UHGV virus genome: UHGV-0172001
DNA length: 46,559 nucleotides
Source of the DNA: a virus
Direction: 5' to 3' (one strand)
Positions 23,676 to 33,245 of this stretch are shown here, piece after piece. The number at the start of each line of letters is the position of its first letter. Positions within the stretch are counted from its first letter, which is position 1. Below the pieces are notes generated by a model. It ran no database searches. It saw only the letters and a list, made by a program, of their open reading frames with translations, and was not told where the DNA came from. The translations under genes and the position numbers were made by a program.

Positions 23676-23978
23676 ATGATGATGGAAAAAACAGAAAACA
23701 AACCGGTTGTAATTGGTGCCGCTGCTGTTCCGTTTAAGTTTGAACTGTCACAACTGGTGGAAGTATGCATCAGTGATGAATGGGGTGAGGTTAAAGCTCG
23801 CGCTCAGTATGCGGGTGGCGAAAATCAGTACTTACTCCACTACAAAGCAGCTGATGGTCGCGCCACGACGGAGTGGTTTGGTGAGTCAATGCTGGAAGCA
23901 ACAGAAGATGATCGTCATCCTGGTTGTCCGGTATTTGCCGGTATGGAATTACCGAAAGGCGCGGTAGTTACTGAGTAA
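23676..23978 (+). CDS. Hypothetical protein (about 100 aa)
   Basis: GGAG RBS and three consecutive ATGs. No motif recognised. Confidence 0.5.
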   Translation: MMMEKTENKPVVIGAAAVPFKFELSQLVEVCISDEWGEVKARAQYAGGENQYLLHYKAADGRATTEWFGESMLEATEDDRHPGCPVFAGMELPKGAVVTE

Positions 23979-23983
23979 CAGGC

Positions 23984-24021
23984 ATTACAGCAGCCCTTCA
24001 CTCTAAGGGGCTGCTGTAATG
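23984..24021. repeat. Perfect 14-bp inverted repeat (hairpin without a U-tract)
   Basis: CATTACAGCAGCCC - 10 nt - GGGCTGCTGTAATG. Confidence 0.8.
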
Positions 24022-24209
24022 TGAGAAATAAAAAACCGGCAGGGGAAATCCATTGAAGATTTGCCGGTGGCAAAAGAGGGCCATGTTTTTAACCTTAGTC
24101 GCAGAGTTACGGAGTGCAACTACGAATGCTGCCGGTATATGGCTGAATGGCGTTTCAATGATGTACGTCATCTTATCTGTAAATGTTAATGATAAACGCT
24201 CCCATTTGT

Positions 24210-24400
24210 GCGGGTCCTTTCCGGAATCTGAAACACCGAGGGTACGCGTACGCGCAAAAACGCGCTATTTATGAAAATTTTCAGGGAAAAAGCAGATCCG
24301 TTCTTCTTCTGGCTAACCTGTTGTTTAATATAATTTTCTTGAAAAAAAGAAAGGATCTGGCAGCGGTAATTTTTCGCTGAAAAAAGCATTTTGAGATCCT
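24210..24400 (+). other. cos: Lambda-like cos site (cosQ-like, cosN, cosB with R-type repeats)
   Basis: GGGTCCTTTCCGG (24212) matches the lambda right end. CGCTATTTATGAAAATTTTC (24263) is identical to lambda nt 22-41 as I recall them. CCGTTCTTCTTC, AAAGAAAGGATC and the inverted GATCCTTTCTTC resemble lambda R3/R2/R1. It lies directly upstream of nu1. Confidence 0.75.
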
Positions 24401-24427
24401 TTCTTCTTTTTGTGGGGGATATGTGAC

Positions 24428-24976
24428 GTGAAGGTTAACAAAAAGAAACTGGCGGAGATTTTTGAGTGCGATGTCAGAACAATCACTGGCTGGCAAAGTC
24501 AGGGGCTGAGAATTTTGTCGGGGGGAGGCAAAGGTATCGAGGCCATGTTCAATACTGCAGAAGCCATTGAGTGGTATGCGCAGCGGGAAAAAGATATCGA
24601 AAACGAAAAGCTCCGCAAGGAACTGGAAGATTTGCGTTCGGCTGCAGAATCAGATTTACAACCCGGCACCATTGACTATGAACGCTACCGGCTCACAAAA
24701 GCACAGGCTGACGCACAGGAGCTGAAAAATGCCCGCGAAGAAGGGCTGGTGCTGGAAACGGAATTGTTTACCTTCATTCTGCAACGTGTGGCTCAGGAGA
24801 TTTCGGGAATACTTGTACGTGTGCCGCTGACATTACAGCGTAAATATCCGGATATTTCACCGTCACACCTTGATGTGGTGAAAACTGAAATCGCAAAAGC
24901 CTCCAATGTTGCAGCTAAAGCCGGTGAAAACGTGGGCAGGTGGATTGATGATTTCAGACGCACAGAAGGCAGCTAA
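24428..24976 (+). CDS. nu1: Terminase small subunit, lambda Nu1-like
   Basis: [20 protein letters not shown]......GGGKG compares with lambda [61 protein letters not shown] is conserved. The GTG start has a GGGGG RBS. Confidence 0.9.
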   Translation: MKVNKKKLAEIFECDVRTITGWQSQGLRILSGGGKGIEAMFNTAEAIEWYAQREKDIENEKLRKELEDLRSAAESDLQPGTIDYERYRLTKAQADAQELKNAREEGLVLETELFTFILQRVAQEISGILVRVPLTLQRKYPDISPSHLDVVKTEIAKASNVAAKAGENVGRWIDDFRRTEGS

Positions 24977-26864
24977 TGCAGCCGGTGCGATAACCACAGG
25001 GCTTTTATCTCTCAATATTCCGGTACCACTGACGACAGTTCAGTGGGCTGATCGACATTATTATCTGCCGAAAGAATCTTCATATACCCCCGGGCAATGG
25101 GAAACACTGCCGTTTCAGGTCGCCATTATGAACAGCATGGGAAATGACCGGATCCGCACTGTTAATCTGATTAAATCGGCGCGCGTTGGCTACACCAAAA
25201 TGCTGTTGGGGGTGGAGGCTTATTTTATTGAGCATAAATCCCGTAACAGTCTGCTTTTTCAGCCAACAGATTCTGCTGCAGAAGATTTCATGAAATCTCA
25301 TGTTGAGCCAACGATAAGGGATGTCCCTGCATTGCTGGAGCTGGCTCCATGGTTCGGAAGAAAGCACCGCGATAATACACTCACCCTGAAGCGTTTTTCC
25401 TCCGGCGTGGGTTTCTGGTGCCTGGGCGGTGCCGCGGCTAAAAACTACCGTGAAAAATCTGTGGATGTGGTCTGCTATGACGAACTCTCCTCGTTTGAAC
25501 CGGATGTGGAAAAAGAAGGTTCGCCGACGTTGCTTGGCGATAAACGTATCGAAGGCTCTGTATGGCCTAAATCCATACGCGGTTCAACGCCAAAAATTAA
25601 AGGCTTCTGCCAGATTGAGAAAGCCGCGAATGAATCTGCGCATTTCATGCGGTTTTATGTTCCTTGCCCTCATTGCGGGGAGACCCAGTATCTGAAGTTT
25701 GGCGATGATGCGACGCCGTTTGGCCTGAAATGGGAGAAGGGTAAACCGGAAACGGTGTATTACCTGTGTGAACACAATGGCTGTGTGATCCGCCAGTCAG
25801 AACTTGACCAGAGCGACGGACGCTGGATTTGTGACAATACCGGGATGTGGACGCAAGACGGCCTGACATTTTACAGCGCCAGTGATGAGGAGATACCGCC
25901 ACCGCGCTCAATCACGTACCACGTGTGGACGGCGTACAGTCCGTTCACCACCTGGGTACAGATTGTTTATGACTGGCTGGATGCGCTGAAGGATCCGAAC
26001 GGCGTCAAGACGTTTATTAACACCACGCTCGGAGAACCCTATGAAGAGGCCGTGGCAGAAAAGCTGAGTTTCGAGTTATTGCTGGAAAAGGTCTGTCACT
26101 ATGGCGCGCAGGTTCCCCTGCGGGTGGTTTACCTGACTGCCGGGATCGACTCCCAGAAAGATCGCTATGAAATTTATGTCTGGGGCTGGGCTCCCGGCGA
26201 AGAAGCCTTTCTGATTGACAAGCAAATTATCATGGGGCGACCGGAAGACGAGGACACCCTTAAACGTGTTGATGCGGTGATCAGGAAAAAATACCGCCAT
26301 GCTGACGGTACTGAAATTTCCATTTCCCGCGTCTGCTGGGATACCGGTGGTATCGACCAGGACATTGTGTATCAGCGTTCCAGAAAGCACGGCACTTTTT
26401 TTGTGCTTCCCATTAAAGGAGCATCGGTGTACGGCAAGCCGGTGATCACCATGCCCAAAAAGCGCAACCAGCGTGGGGTGTTTTTGTGTGAGGTGGGCTC
26501 TGATACCGTCAAGGAAATGCTGTACGCCCGTTTTGCCCTGCCGGTGGTCTCTGCCAGTGAAGCCGCCCCGTATACCTTCCGTTTTCCGGATAACCCGGAC
26601 ATTTTTTCGGAAGAAGAGGCGCGTCAGATCGTGGCGGAAGAACTGGTGGAGAAGGTGGTTAATGGCAGAGTGAAACTGCTGTGGGATAAAAAAGGGCGAC
26701 GCAACGAAGCCCTCGACTGCCTGGTATATGCCTATGCTGCCCTGCGTATTTCAGTTCAGCGATGGCAGCTGGACCTTGAGGCGCTGGCCCGGGCACGAAG
26801 AGATGAGCAGGATGAGGATGATATGAGTCTGGAAGAAATCGCGGCTGCACTGAGTGGAGGATAA
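24948..26864 (+). CDS. A: Terminase large subunit, lambda gpA-like
   Basis: Colinear with lambda gpA ([61 protein letters not shown]). It overlaps the nu1 3' end, as in lambda. Confidence 0.95.
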   Translation: MISDAQKAANAAGAITTGLLSLNIPVPLTTVQWADRHYYLPKESSYTPGQWETLPFQVAIMNSMGNDRIRTVNLIKSARVGYTKMLLGVEAYFIEHKSRNSLLFQPTDSAAEDFMKSHVEPTIRDVPALLELAPWFGRKHRDNTLTLKRFSSGVGFWCLGGAAAKNYREKSVDVVCYDELSSFEPDVEKEGSPTLLGDKRIEGSVWPKSIRGSTPKIKGFCQIEKAANESAHFMRFYVPCPHCGETQYLKFGDDATPFGLKWEKGKPETVYYLCEHNGCVIRQSELDQSDGRWICDNTGMWTQDGLTFYSASDEEIPPPRSITYHVWTAYSPFTTWVQIVYDWLDALKDPNGVKTFINTTLGEPYEEAVAEKLSFELLLEKVCHYGAQVPLRVVYLTAGIDSQKDRYEIYVWGWAPGEEAFLIDKQIIMGRPEDEDTLKRVDAVIRKKYRHADGTEISISRVCWDTGGIDQDIVYQRSRKHGTFFVLPIKGASVYGKPVITMPKKRNQRGVFLCEVGSDTVKEMLYARFALPVVSASEAAPYTFRFPDNPDIFSEEEARQIVAEELVEKVVNGRVKLLWDKKGRRNEALDCLVYAYAALRISVQRWQLDLEALARARRDEQDEDDMSLEEIAAALSGG

Positions 26865-27077
26865 GTGATGATTTATACACATGAGATGCTTTGCGAAGCA
26901 CGTCGGGCGCTGCATGAACTGATGATCGGGCGTGCTGTGGCTTCTGTCAGTAAGAACGGACGGCAGGTACAGTATTCGCGGGCGACGATTAATGAATTAC
27001 GGCGATATATTGAGGAAATTGAAAGTGCGCTTGGAATGTCAGGTCGTCGCCGTGGCCCTGTAGGAGTACGACTGTGA
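26865..27077 (+). CDS. W: Head-tail joining protein, lambda gpW-like
   Basis: ARRALHELM.G..VA.V.K.GR.V.....TI.EL..YI.E.E...GM..RRRGP matches lambda W. Confidence 0.85.
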   Translation: MMIYTHEMLCEARRALHELMIGRAVASVSKNGRQVQYSRATINELRRYIEEIESALGMSGRRRGPVGVRL

Positions 27078-28645
27078 GCGGGGGACTGGTGGATCTTCAT
27101 GGGCAACCTCTGCGGCATAGCATGGGATATTCCGGTGGTGGTACCGGATTTGGCGGGCAACTGGCTGAATGGCTGCCTGCACCGGAAAGTGCTGATGTGG
27201 CACTCTTACCTTCCATTCAGCTGGGTAACGCCCGTGCGGATGATCTGGTCCGTAACAACGGTATTGCCGCAAATGCTGTGGAAATTCATAAAGACCATAT
27301 CGTCGGGCACATGTTTCGCCTGAGTTACCGACCCAACTGGCGCTGGCTGGGGATGTCGGAAGCTGATTCGCATGCCTTTATTGAAGATGTTGAGGCGGCG
27401 TGGATGGAATATTGCGATCCGGTGTTTGGTTCGATGGATGTGGAAGGGCGTCGCTCGTTTACCGAATTTATTCGTGAAGGGGTGGGGGTCCATACTTTTA
27501 ACGGTGAAATTTTTGTCCAGCCAGTATGGGATACGGAATCCACGTCATTATTCAGAACAAAATTCAAGACCATCAGTCCGAAGCGCGTCAGCACGCCCGG
27601 TTATGGCATCGGCGATCGTTTTATGCGTGCCGGAGTGGAAATCAACCGTCACGGAAAGGCGATGGCTTATCATGTTCAGGACGATGACTGGCCTGGCTAC
27701 GGTGTCAGCAACTGGACACGGATTGCGGCGACGCTGCCCTCCGGGCGACCGGGAATGATCCATGTGTTTCAGCCGCAGGAGGACGGACAGACGCGCGGGG
27801 CCAACCAGTTTTATTCCGTGATGGAGCGCCTCAAGATGCTCGACACACTACAGGCCACGCAACTGCAGTCGGCGGTGGTGCGGGCGATGTATGCCGCGAC
27901 GATTGAATCCACACTGGATTCGGAAAAAGCATTTGAATATATCGCCGGTGTGGGTGATGGCGGAAAAAATCCCCTGAACACCATCATGAAAGGCTATGCG
28001 CGCTATTACGCCACCAATACGGTAAAGATGGGTGGGGTTCGTATTCCGCATCTTTATCCGGGGGATTCACTGAATCTGCAGACAGCACAGAATGCGGATA
28101 ATGGTTTCTCTGAACTGGAAAAGGCGCTGTTACGTTACATTGCTGCCGGACTGGGCGTGTCCTATGAGCAGCTTTCCCGTGATTATTCACAGGTCAGTTA
28201 TTCCAGTGCCAGGGCATCCGCCAATGAGTCGTGGCGGTATTTTATGGGGAAACGAAAATTTGTGGCCAGCCGACTGGCGTCACAGATGTTTGCCTGCTGG
28301 CTGGAGGAAGCCCTTATTCGCGGTGTGATCCGCCCACCGAAATCCCGTTTCTCATTCTGGGAGGCCCGTTCCGGGTGGTGTCGTGCCGAGTGGATTGGTG
28401 CCGGTCGCATGGCGATTGATGGCCTTAAGGAGGTGCAGGAGGCGGTGATGCGTATTGAAGGTGGCCTGAGCACGTACGAGAAGGAGCTGGCCCTGATGGG
28501 CGATGACTATCAGGAGATTTTCCGCCAGCAACTGCGTGAAAGCCAGGAGCGACAGGCGGCTGGTCTTCCCCGCCCCATCTGGATAAAGGATACGTTTCAG
28601 CAGCAGATCCGACAGACAACGGGAGAAAAAGTCGATGCGTCGTAA
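27074..28645 (+). CDS. B: Portal protein, lambda gpB-like (523 aa)
   Basis: Size, position and lambda-family portal pattern. GTG start overlapping the W stop. Confidence 0.9.
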   Translation: MSGGLVDLHGQPLRHSMGYSGGGTGFGGQLAEWLPAPESADVALLPSIQLGNARADDLVRNNGIAANAVEIHKDHIVGHMFRLSYRPNWRWLGMSEADSHAFIEDVEAAWMEYCDPVFGSMDVEGRRSFTEFIREGVGVHTFNGEIFVQPVWDTESTSLFRTKFKTISPKRVSTPGYGIGDRFMRAGVEINRHGKAMAYHVQDDDWPGYGVSNWTRIAATLPSGRPGMIHVFQPQEDGQTRGANQFYSVMERLKMLDTLQATQLQSAVVRAMYAATIESTLDSEKAFEYIAGVGDGGKNPLNTIMKGYARYYATNTVKMGGVRIPHLYPGDSLNLQTAQNADNGFSELEKALLRYIAAGLGVSYEQLSRDYSQVSYSSARASANESWRYFMGKRKFVASRLASQMFACWLEEALIRGVIRPPKSRFSFWEARSGWCRAEWIGAGRMAIDGLKEVQEAVMRIEGGLSTYEKELALMGDDYQEIFRQQLRESQERQAAGLPRPIWIKDTFQQQIRQTTGEKVDAS

Positions 28646-30251
28646 TTTATCGCATATTGCCGCCATGGCATTTAATGAACCGCTTTTACTGGAGCCCGCT
28701 TATGCGCGGGTTTTCTTTTGCGCGCTGGGTAAAGAGATGGGGGCCGGCAGCCTTGCCGTTCCTCAGCAGGCTGTTCAGCTTGATGCTGATGGTATGCAAC
28801 TGGCTGTGACTGACTATATGGCGGGCGGTCAGCGCCCGGCAAAGAGTTACCAGGTGAAGAATGGCATCGCCATTCTGCCGGTGAGCGGCACGCTGGTGCA
28901 TAAACTGGGTACCCTGCGCCCTTACTCCGGCATGACAGGCTATGACGGCCTGACTGCCCGTCTTCAGATGGCGGTGAATGATCCGGATGTGCGCGGCATT
29001 TTGCTGGATATCGACAGCCCGGGCGGTCAGGCTGCCGGGGCGTTTGACTGTGCTGACATGATTTACCGCCTGCGGGAACAGAAGCCCGTGTGGGCGCTGT
29101 GTAATGATATGGCCTGTTCAGCCGCCATGTTGCTGGCGGCAGCCTGTACGCGTCGGCTGGTCACGCAGACGGCAAAAATTGGTTCGATTGGTGTGATGAT
29201 GGCGCACACCAGTTACGAGAAACAACTGGCACAGGAAGGGGTGGATATCACGCTGATTTACTCCGGGCAGCACAAGGTTGACGGCAACAGTATTCAGGCA
29301 TTGCCGGCAGGTGTGCGTGCAGATTTTCAGCGCCGTATTGATGAGGCCCGCCGGATGTTTGTCGACAAGGTGGCGCTTTATACGGGGCTGAGTTCAGAGG
29401 CGGTGATGAATACCGAGGCTGCCGTTTATGACGGTCAGGCAGGCATTGATGCAGGCCTGGCTGATCAACTGATTAATGCTGCAGATGCCGTTGAAGTGAT
29501 GGTTTCTGCACTGAATGACTCTGTTACGAAGGAGAATGCAATGACTGTTAAAAATCTCACCGTTGCTGAAGCGGTGGCCCAGGAAAATCAGCGCGTGATG
29601 GGGATCCTGAATTGTCAGGAGGCGAAAGGGCGCGAGCAACTGGCGCAAATGCTGGCAGAACAACCGGGAATGTCGGTTGAGCAGGCGAAAACGTTGCTGG
29701 CAGCTGCGCCGGTTGCCGGTACTGACAGCACGGGGGGGCAGATTATGGCGCTGCCGGAAGCAAAGGGGCGTGAGCAACTGGCACAGATGCTGGCAGGTCA
29801 ACCGGGAATGACGGTGGAGCAGGCGAAAGCGTTTCTGGCAGCAGCCCCTGCTGCCAGTGCTGCAGGCACAGGCGATAAGATTATGGCGTTGCCGGAAGCT
29901 AAAGGGCGTGAACAACTCGCGCAGGCGCTGGCTGAACAGCCGGGAATGACCGTTGACCAGGCAAAAACGTTACTGGCAGCGGCACCGGTTGCCTGTTCTG
30001 CAAGTGTCGGCGAGCAGATTATGGCGCTGCCGGAGGCGAAAGGGCGCGAGCAACTTGCACAGGCACTGGCAGAACAACCGGGAATGACAGTGGCGCAGGC
30101 AAAAACGTTGCTGGCAGCCGCGCCGACGGCATCGCAGCCGTCACAGGAAACACTTTTTGATCGCTTTATGGCACAGCATGCTGCCAGTGCGGTTTCCGGT
30201 GGTGGAGCTGCCGGGCACGGAGAAGAAGATCTGCTGATGAGTATGCCGTAA
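28635..30251 (+). CDS. C: Head maturation protease (S49/ClpP-like, lambda gpC-like) fused in frame to a repeat-expanded scaffold region (538 aa)
   Basis: S49 motifs (ILLDIDSPGG, MACSAAMLLAAAC, IGSIGVMM). The C-terminal third carries four 46-aa repeats. By analogy with lambda C/Nu3, a nested in-frame scaffold product is expected. Confidence 0.85.
   Translation: MRRNLSHIAAMAFNEPLLLEPAYARVFFCALGKEMGAGSLAVPQQAVQLDADGMQLAVTDYMAGGQRPAKSYQVKNGIAILPVSGTLVHKLGTLRPYSGMTGYDGLTARLQMAVNDPDVRGILLDIDSPGGQAAGAFDCADMIYRLREQKPVWALCNDMACSAAMLLAAACTRRLVTQTAKIGSIGVMMAHTSYEKQLAQEGVDITLIYSGQHKVDGNSIQALPAGVRADFQRRIDEARRMFVDKVALYTGLSSEAVMNTEAAVYDGQAGIDAGLADQLINAADAVEVMVSALNDSVTKENAMTVKNLTVAEAVAQENQRVMGILNCQEAKGREQLAQMLAEQPGMSVEQAKTLLAAAPVAGTDSTGGQIMALPEAKGREQLAQMLAGQPGMTVEQAKAFLAAAPAASAAGTGDKIMALPEAKGREQLAQALAEQPGMTVDQAKTLLAAAPVACSASVGEQIMALPEAKGREQLAQALAEQPGMTVAQAKTLLAAAPTASQPSQETLFDRFMAQHAASAVSGGGAAGHGEEDLLMSMP
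29604..30155 (+). repeat. Four tandem 138-nt (46-aa) in-frame repeats inside gene C
   Basis: ATTATGGCG recurs at 29742, 29880 and 30018, a period of 138. Unit: IMALPEAKGREQLAQ.LA.QPGMTV.QAK.LLAAAP + variable 10 aa. Confidence 0.9.
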
Positions 30252-30288
30252 GCGTTATCCGTGATTCAGATAAATCAGGAGACTGAAA

Positions 30289-30624
30289 ATGATTAAAACA
30301 ACCACAGAAAAGCGCGCGGATGTGCATATTTTTGCCGGAAGCGATCCGGCGCATACCGCAACAGCCACCAGTGGTATCAGTGCTGCCACGCCCGCACTGA
30401 CGCCGCTGATGCTGGATGACGCCACCGGCAAACTGGTGGCATGGGATGGTCAGAAAGCAGGAACGGCAGTGGGCGTGCTGGCTCTGGCGCTTGCCGGAAC
30501 AGAACCCACGCTGACGTACTACAAAAGCGGTACATTTGCCACTGAGTCGCTGGTCTGGCCTGATTCTGTGGATGCGGTGAAAAAAGCCAACGCATTTGTG
30601 GGAAGTGCCATCAGCCACGCCTGA
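30289..30624 (+). CDS. D: Head decoration protein, lambda gpD-like
   Basis: [21 protein letters not shown]....KLVAWDG...TFYKSGTF pattern as in lambda D. Confidence 0.9.
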   Translation: MIKTTTEKRADVHIFAGSDPAHTATATSGISAATPALTPLMLDDATGKLVAWDGQKAGTAVGVLALALAGTEPTLTYYKSGTFATESLVWPDSVDAVKKANAFVGSAISHA

Positions 30625-30648
30625 TGGTGAAGTGATTGACTGAAAAAA

Positions 30649-30676
30649 CGGGTCGCGATGCGGCCCGTTTGTGTTT
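30649..30676 (+). terminator. Intrinsic terminator between the decoration and capsid genes
   Basis: CGGGTCGC gat GCGGCCCG followed by TTTGTGTTT. Confidence 0.5.
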
Positions 30677-30693
30677 CTGAAGGAAAATAAATT

Positions 30694-31722
30694 ATGGGGT
30701 TATTTACCACGCGTCAGTTACTCGGGTACACCGAGCAGAAAGTGAAATTTCGTGCGCTGTTTCTGGAGCTGTTCTTTCGTCGCACGATCACTTTCCATAC
30801 TCAGGAAGTCATGCTGGATAAAATTACCGGCAAAACACCGGTTGCGGCGTATGTGTCTCCGGTGGTGTCAGGCAAAGTGCTGCGCAGCCGTGGTGGTGAA
30901 ACCCGCGTGTTACGTCCCGGTTATGTAAAACCAAAACACCGCTTTGATTATCAGCAGGCAGTGGAACGTCTTCCGGGGGAAGATCCGGCCCGTCTTAATG
31001 ACCCGGCCTACCGCCGCCTGCGTATTCTGACTGACAACCTGAAGCAGGAAGAGCAGGCGATTGTACAGGTGGAAGAAATGCAGGCGGTCAGTGCCGTTCT
31101 GCAGGGTAAGTACACCATGAGCGGGGAACAGTTTGAGACGGTGGAAGTGGATTTTGGGCGCTCTGCCACCAATAACATTACGCAGGCTGGCGGCAACAGA
31201 TGGTCACAGCAGAATGCTGACACCTTTGATCCAACGCACGATCTGGATGCGTACTGTGATTTTGCCTCCGGGACCATCAATATCGCGATTATGGATGGCA
31301 CAGTCTGGCGTATGCTGAATGGCTTTAAGCTTTTCCGTGAAAAACTGGATACCCGTCGTGGTTCAAAATCGGAACTGGAAACCGCGCTGAAAGACCTGGG
31401 CTCCGTAGTCTCTTTTAAGGGTTATTACGGTGATCTGGCTATTGTGGTGGCGAAAACCGCTTACGTCGATGAAAACGGGGATGAACAGCGTTATCTGCCG
31501 GAAGGCACACTGATTCTGGGGAACACTCAGGCGGAAGGCGTCCGTTGCTATGGGGCCATTCAGGATAACCAGGCGCTGAGTGAAGGGATCACCTCTGCAA
31601 TTCGTTATCCAAAACACTGGCTGGAGGTGGGTGATCCTGGTTGCGAATATACCATGACGCAGTCTGCGCCGTTGATGGTGTTGCCGGATCCTGACGCGTT
31701 TGTGGTGGTTCAGGTGAAATAA
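30694..31722 (+). CDS. E: Major capsid protein, lambda gpE-like (342 aa)
   Basis: FKF..LFL.LFFR, YVSP.VSG.V.RSRGG, PGYVKPKH, VEEMQAVSAVL.GKYTM.GE.F, LDTRRGS.SELETA.KDLG, all as in lambda E. Confidence 0.95.
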   Translation: MGLFTTRQLLGYTEQKVKFRALFLELFFRRTITFHTQEVMLDKITGKTPVAAYVSPVVSGKVLRSRGGETRVLRPGYVKPKHRFDYQQAVERLPGEDPARLNDPAYRRLRILTDNLKQEEQAIVQVEEMQAVSAVLQGKYTMSGEQFETVEVDFGRSATNNITQAGGNRWSQQNADTFDPTHDLDAYCDFASGTINIAIMDGTVWRMLNGFKLFREKLDTRRGSKSELETALKDLGSVVSFKGYYGDLAIVVAKTAYVDENGDEQRYLPEGTLILGNTQAEGVRCYGAIQDNQALSEGITSAIRYPKHWLEVGDPGCEYTMTQSAPLMVLPDPDAFVVVQVK

Positions 31723-31727
31723 GGCGG

Positions 31728-31750
31728 GGCGGGATATTCCCGCCTTTTTC
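31728..31750 (+). terminator. Intrinsic terminator after the capsid gene
   Basis: GGCGGG atatt CCCGCC followed by TTTTT. Confidence 0.65.
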
Positions 31751-31769
31751 TTTAGCGCACGGGAGAGAT

Positions 31770-32138
31770 GTGATGACAAAAGAGCAGATGACTGAACGTT
31801 TGCAGGAACTGGCAGTGATTCTGGGGCGTGAAGCAGATATTTCAGGTTCAAAGGCCGATCTTGAGCAGCGCCTGGCGGAATGGGAAGAGGAGGCCGCCGG
31901 ATTCGATGGGGAGGATACCGGGGCGGAAGAGGTGGACAACGATGCATCCGGCGACGGGATGCATTCTGAGCGGGGACTCGTCCGGGTGCGCATGCTGAAA
32001 ACAGCGCATATGCCAGCCTGTGATGCTGTGACGGGAAAAATGTTGATGTTCGCCCGGGCCTCCAGTGTTGTGCTGGTTAATGAAGCCGCAGTTCCTGCAT
32101 TGCTGGCGGACGGTCTGGCAGAAAAAATTCGGGAGTAA
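31770..32138 (+). CDS. Hypothetical head-associated protein (about 122 aa, acidic middle)
   Basis: Occupies the lambda Fi position. No motif recognised. Confidence 0.5.
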   Translation: MMTKEQMTERLQELAVILGREADISGSKADLEQRLAEWEEEAAGFDGEDTGAEEVDNDASGDGMHSERGLVRVRMLKTAHMPACDAVTGKMLMFARASSVVLVNEAAVPALLADGLAEKIRE

Positions 32139-32542
32139 TGATGTTTGATAATCTGTTCGATCAGGCCATGAGTGATGCGGATAACATCATCCTGGATACG
32201 ATGGGGACGGAAATCAGCATATATCCGGGCGGCACGGAAAGAAAAATCCGTGCCGTTTTTGATGCCCCGGCAGATAACACCGGGATGAACACTGGCAGTG
32301 GCGAAATTCGTGATACTGCGCCCGTGTTATTTACCCGGAGCACATGGGCCGCCGGTCTGAAAAAATATGACAGGGTCATGATCCACGGCGAACCCTACCA
32401 GGTGGTCGATCCCGGCTGGGATGAGTCGGGTACTGCGGGTCATGGTGTGATTACCATTACTCTTGCGCGGGGAGAACCCGGAAGAAGTACACCTGCTGCC
32501 CCTGTCCGACCGAGTAAACGTTATGGCAGTCAGAGAGCATGA
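32138..32542 (+). CDS. Putative head-tail adaptor/joining protein (134 aa)
   Basis: Position and size. The last ~25 codons overlap an alternative frame (see findings). Confidence 0.45.
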   Translation: MMFDNLFDQAMSDADNIILDTMGTEISIYPGGTERKIRAVFDAPADNTGMNTGSGEIRDTAPVLFTRSTWAAGLKKYDRVMIHGEPYQVVDPGWDESGTAGHGVITITLARGEPGRSTPAAPVRPSKRYGSQRA

Positions 32543-33245
32543 GCGAAGCAGTGCCCGGCAGCGACGGCTGGCACGAAACCTCGTCGTCGATATTGACGAG
32601 GATGAGGTGCTGAAAATTATCGCGAAACTGGGTGGTTCAAAAAGCCAGATCCGTAAAGCCTGGGGTGTGGCGCTAAAAAGAGCCGCGTCCGCACTGCGGA
32701 TGAAGGCCATGGCAGAGTTTAAAAAACAGGTTGCGCCACGCAGCCAGAAAATGATCAAAAACCGTGTCTTGAATGCTTTTATCATTCGTCGAAATGGCGA
32801 TGAGTTTGATGAGGCGAAGGTATGGTTTGGCCTGAACGCCATCAAAGTCCGTGATTTGCGCGGACGTATTACCGGTGGAAGGCGTGGCGAACGCCATCAG
32901 TTGCGCGATGAACGGGGGCGTTTTGCACCGGCCACACGCCGAAGACAGGCGAGGGAGATTCGTTTTAAACCTGCCGGGGAGGCAATACCGGTCACTACCT
33001 GGTCAGGTGAAGAGGCTTTCATTAATGAATTTGAGTCTGAAAACCGGAGCGGATGCATTTCACGACGTAAGACGGTACTGGTCCGGCAGGCATCCGGACG
33101 ACGAAGGGTACGCGAAGCAGAAATTGATATTTATGAAGCCATGCTGAACCGTATAGAGGATTTTGTTTTCCCGGATGCGGAAGCGCTGATCCTGAAAAAT
33201 TTTGAGCATGAACTGAAATTCCGGGTATTTAAGGGGCTGGAGTGA
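32523..33245 (+). CDS. Putative head-closure/tail-completion protein (about 240 aa; start uncertain between 32463 and 32523)
   Basis: Long basic ORF between the head and tail modules. Loosely resembles the HK97 gp10 family in its N-terminal half. Confidence 0.4.
   Translation: MAVREHERSSARQRRLARNLVVDIDEDEVLKIIAKLGGSKSQIRKAWGVALKRAASALRMKAMAEFKKQVAPRSQKMIKNRVLNAFIIRRNGDEFDEAKVWFGLNAIKVRDLRGRITGGRRGERHQLRDERGRFAPATRRRQAREIRFKPAGEAIPVTTWSGEEAFINEFESENRSGCISRRKTVLVRQASGRRRVREAEIDIYEAMLNRIEDFVFPDAEALILKNFEHELKFRVFKGLE

Noticed and set aside
24053-24496. Short ORFs on both strands across the cos region
   Set aside because: They overlap the lambda-like cosQ/cosN/cosB elements and have no RBS.
29394-29915. 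173-aa minus-strand ORF and the idea that the 138-nt repeats are a CRISPR-like or non-coding array
   Set aside because: The repeats are contiguous without spacers, stay in frame, and encode a conserved peptide within gene C. The antisense ORF is a by-product of the repeat.
31363-31993. Minus-strand ORFs (194 and 134 aa) over the capsid 3' end and the following gene
   Set aside because: They are antisense to well-supported structural genes and have the Pro/Arg-rich composition typical of GC-rich antisense frames.
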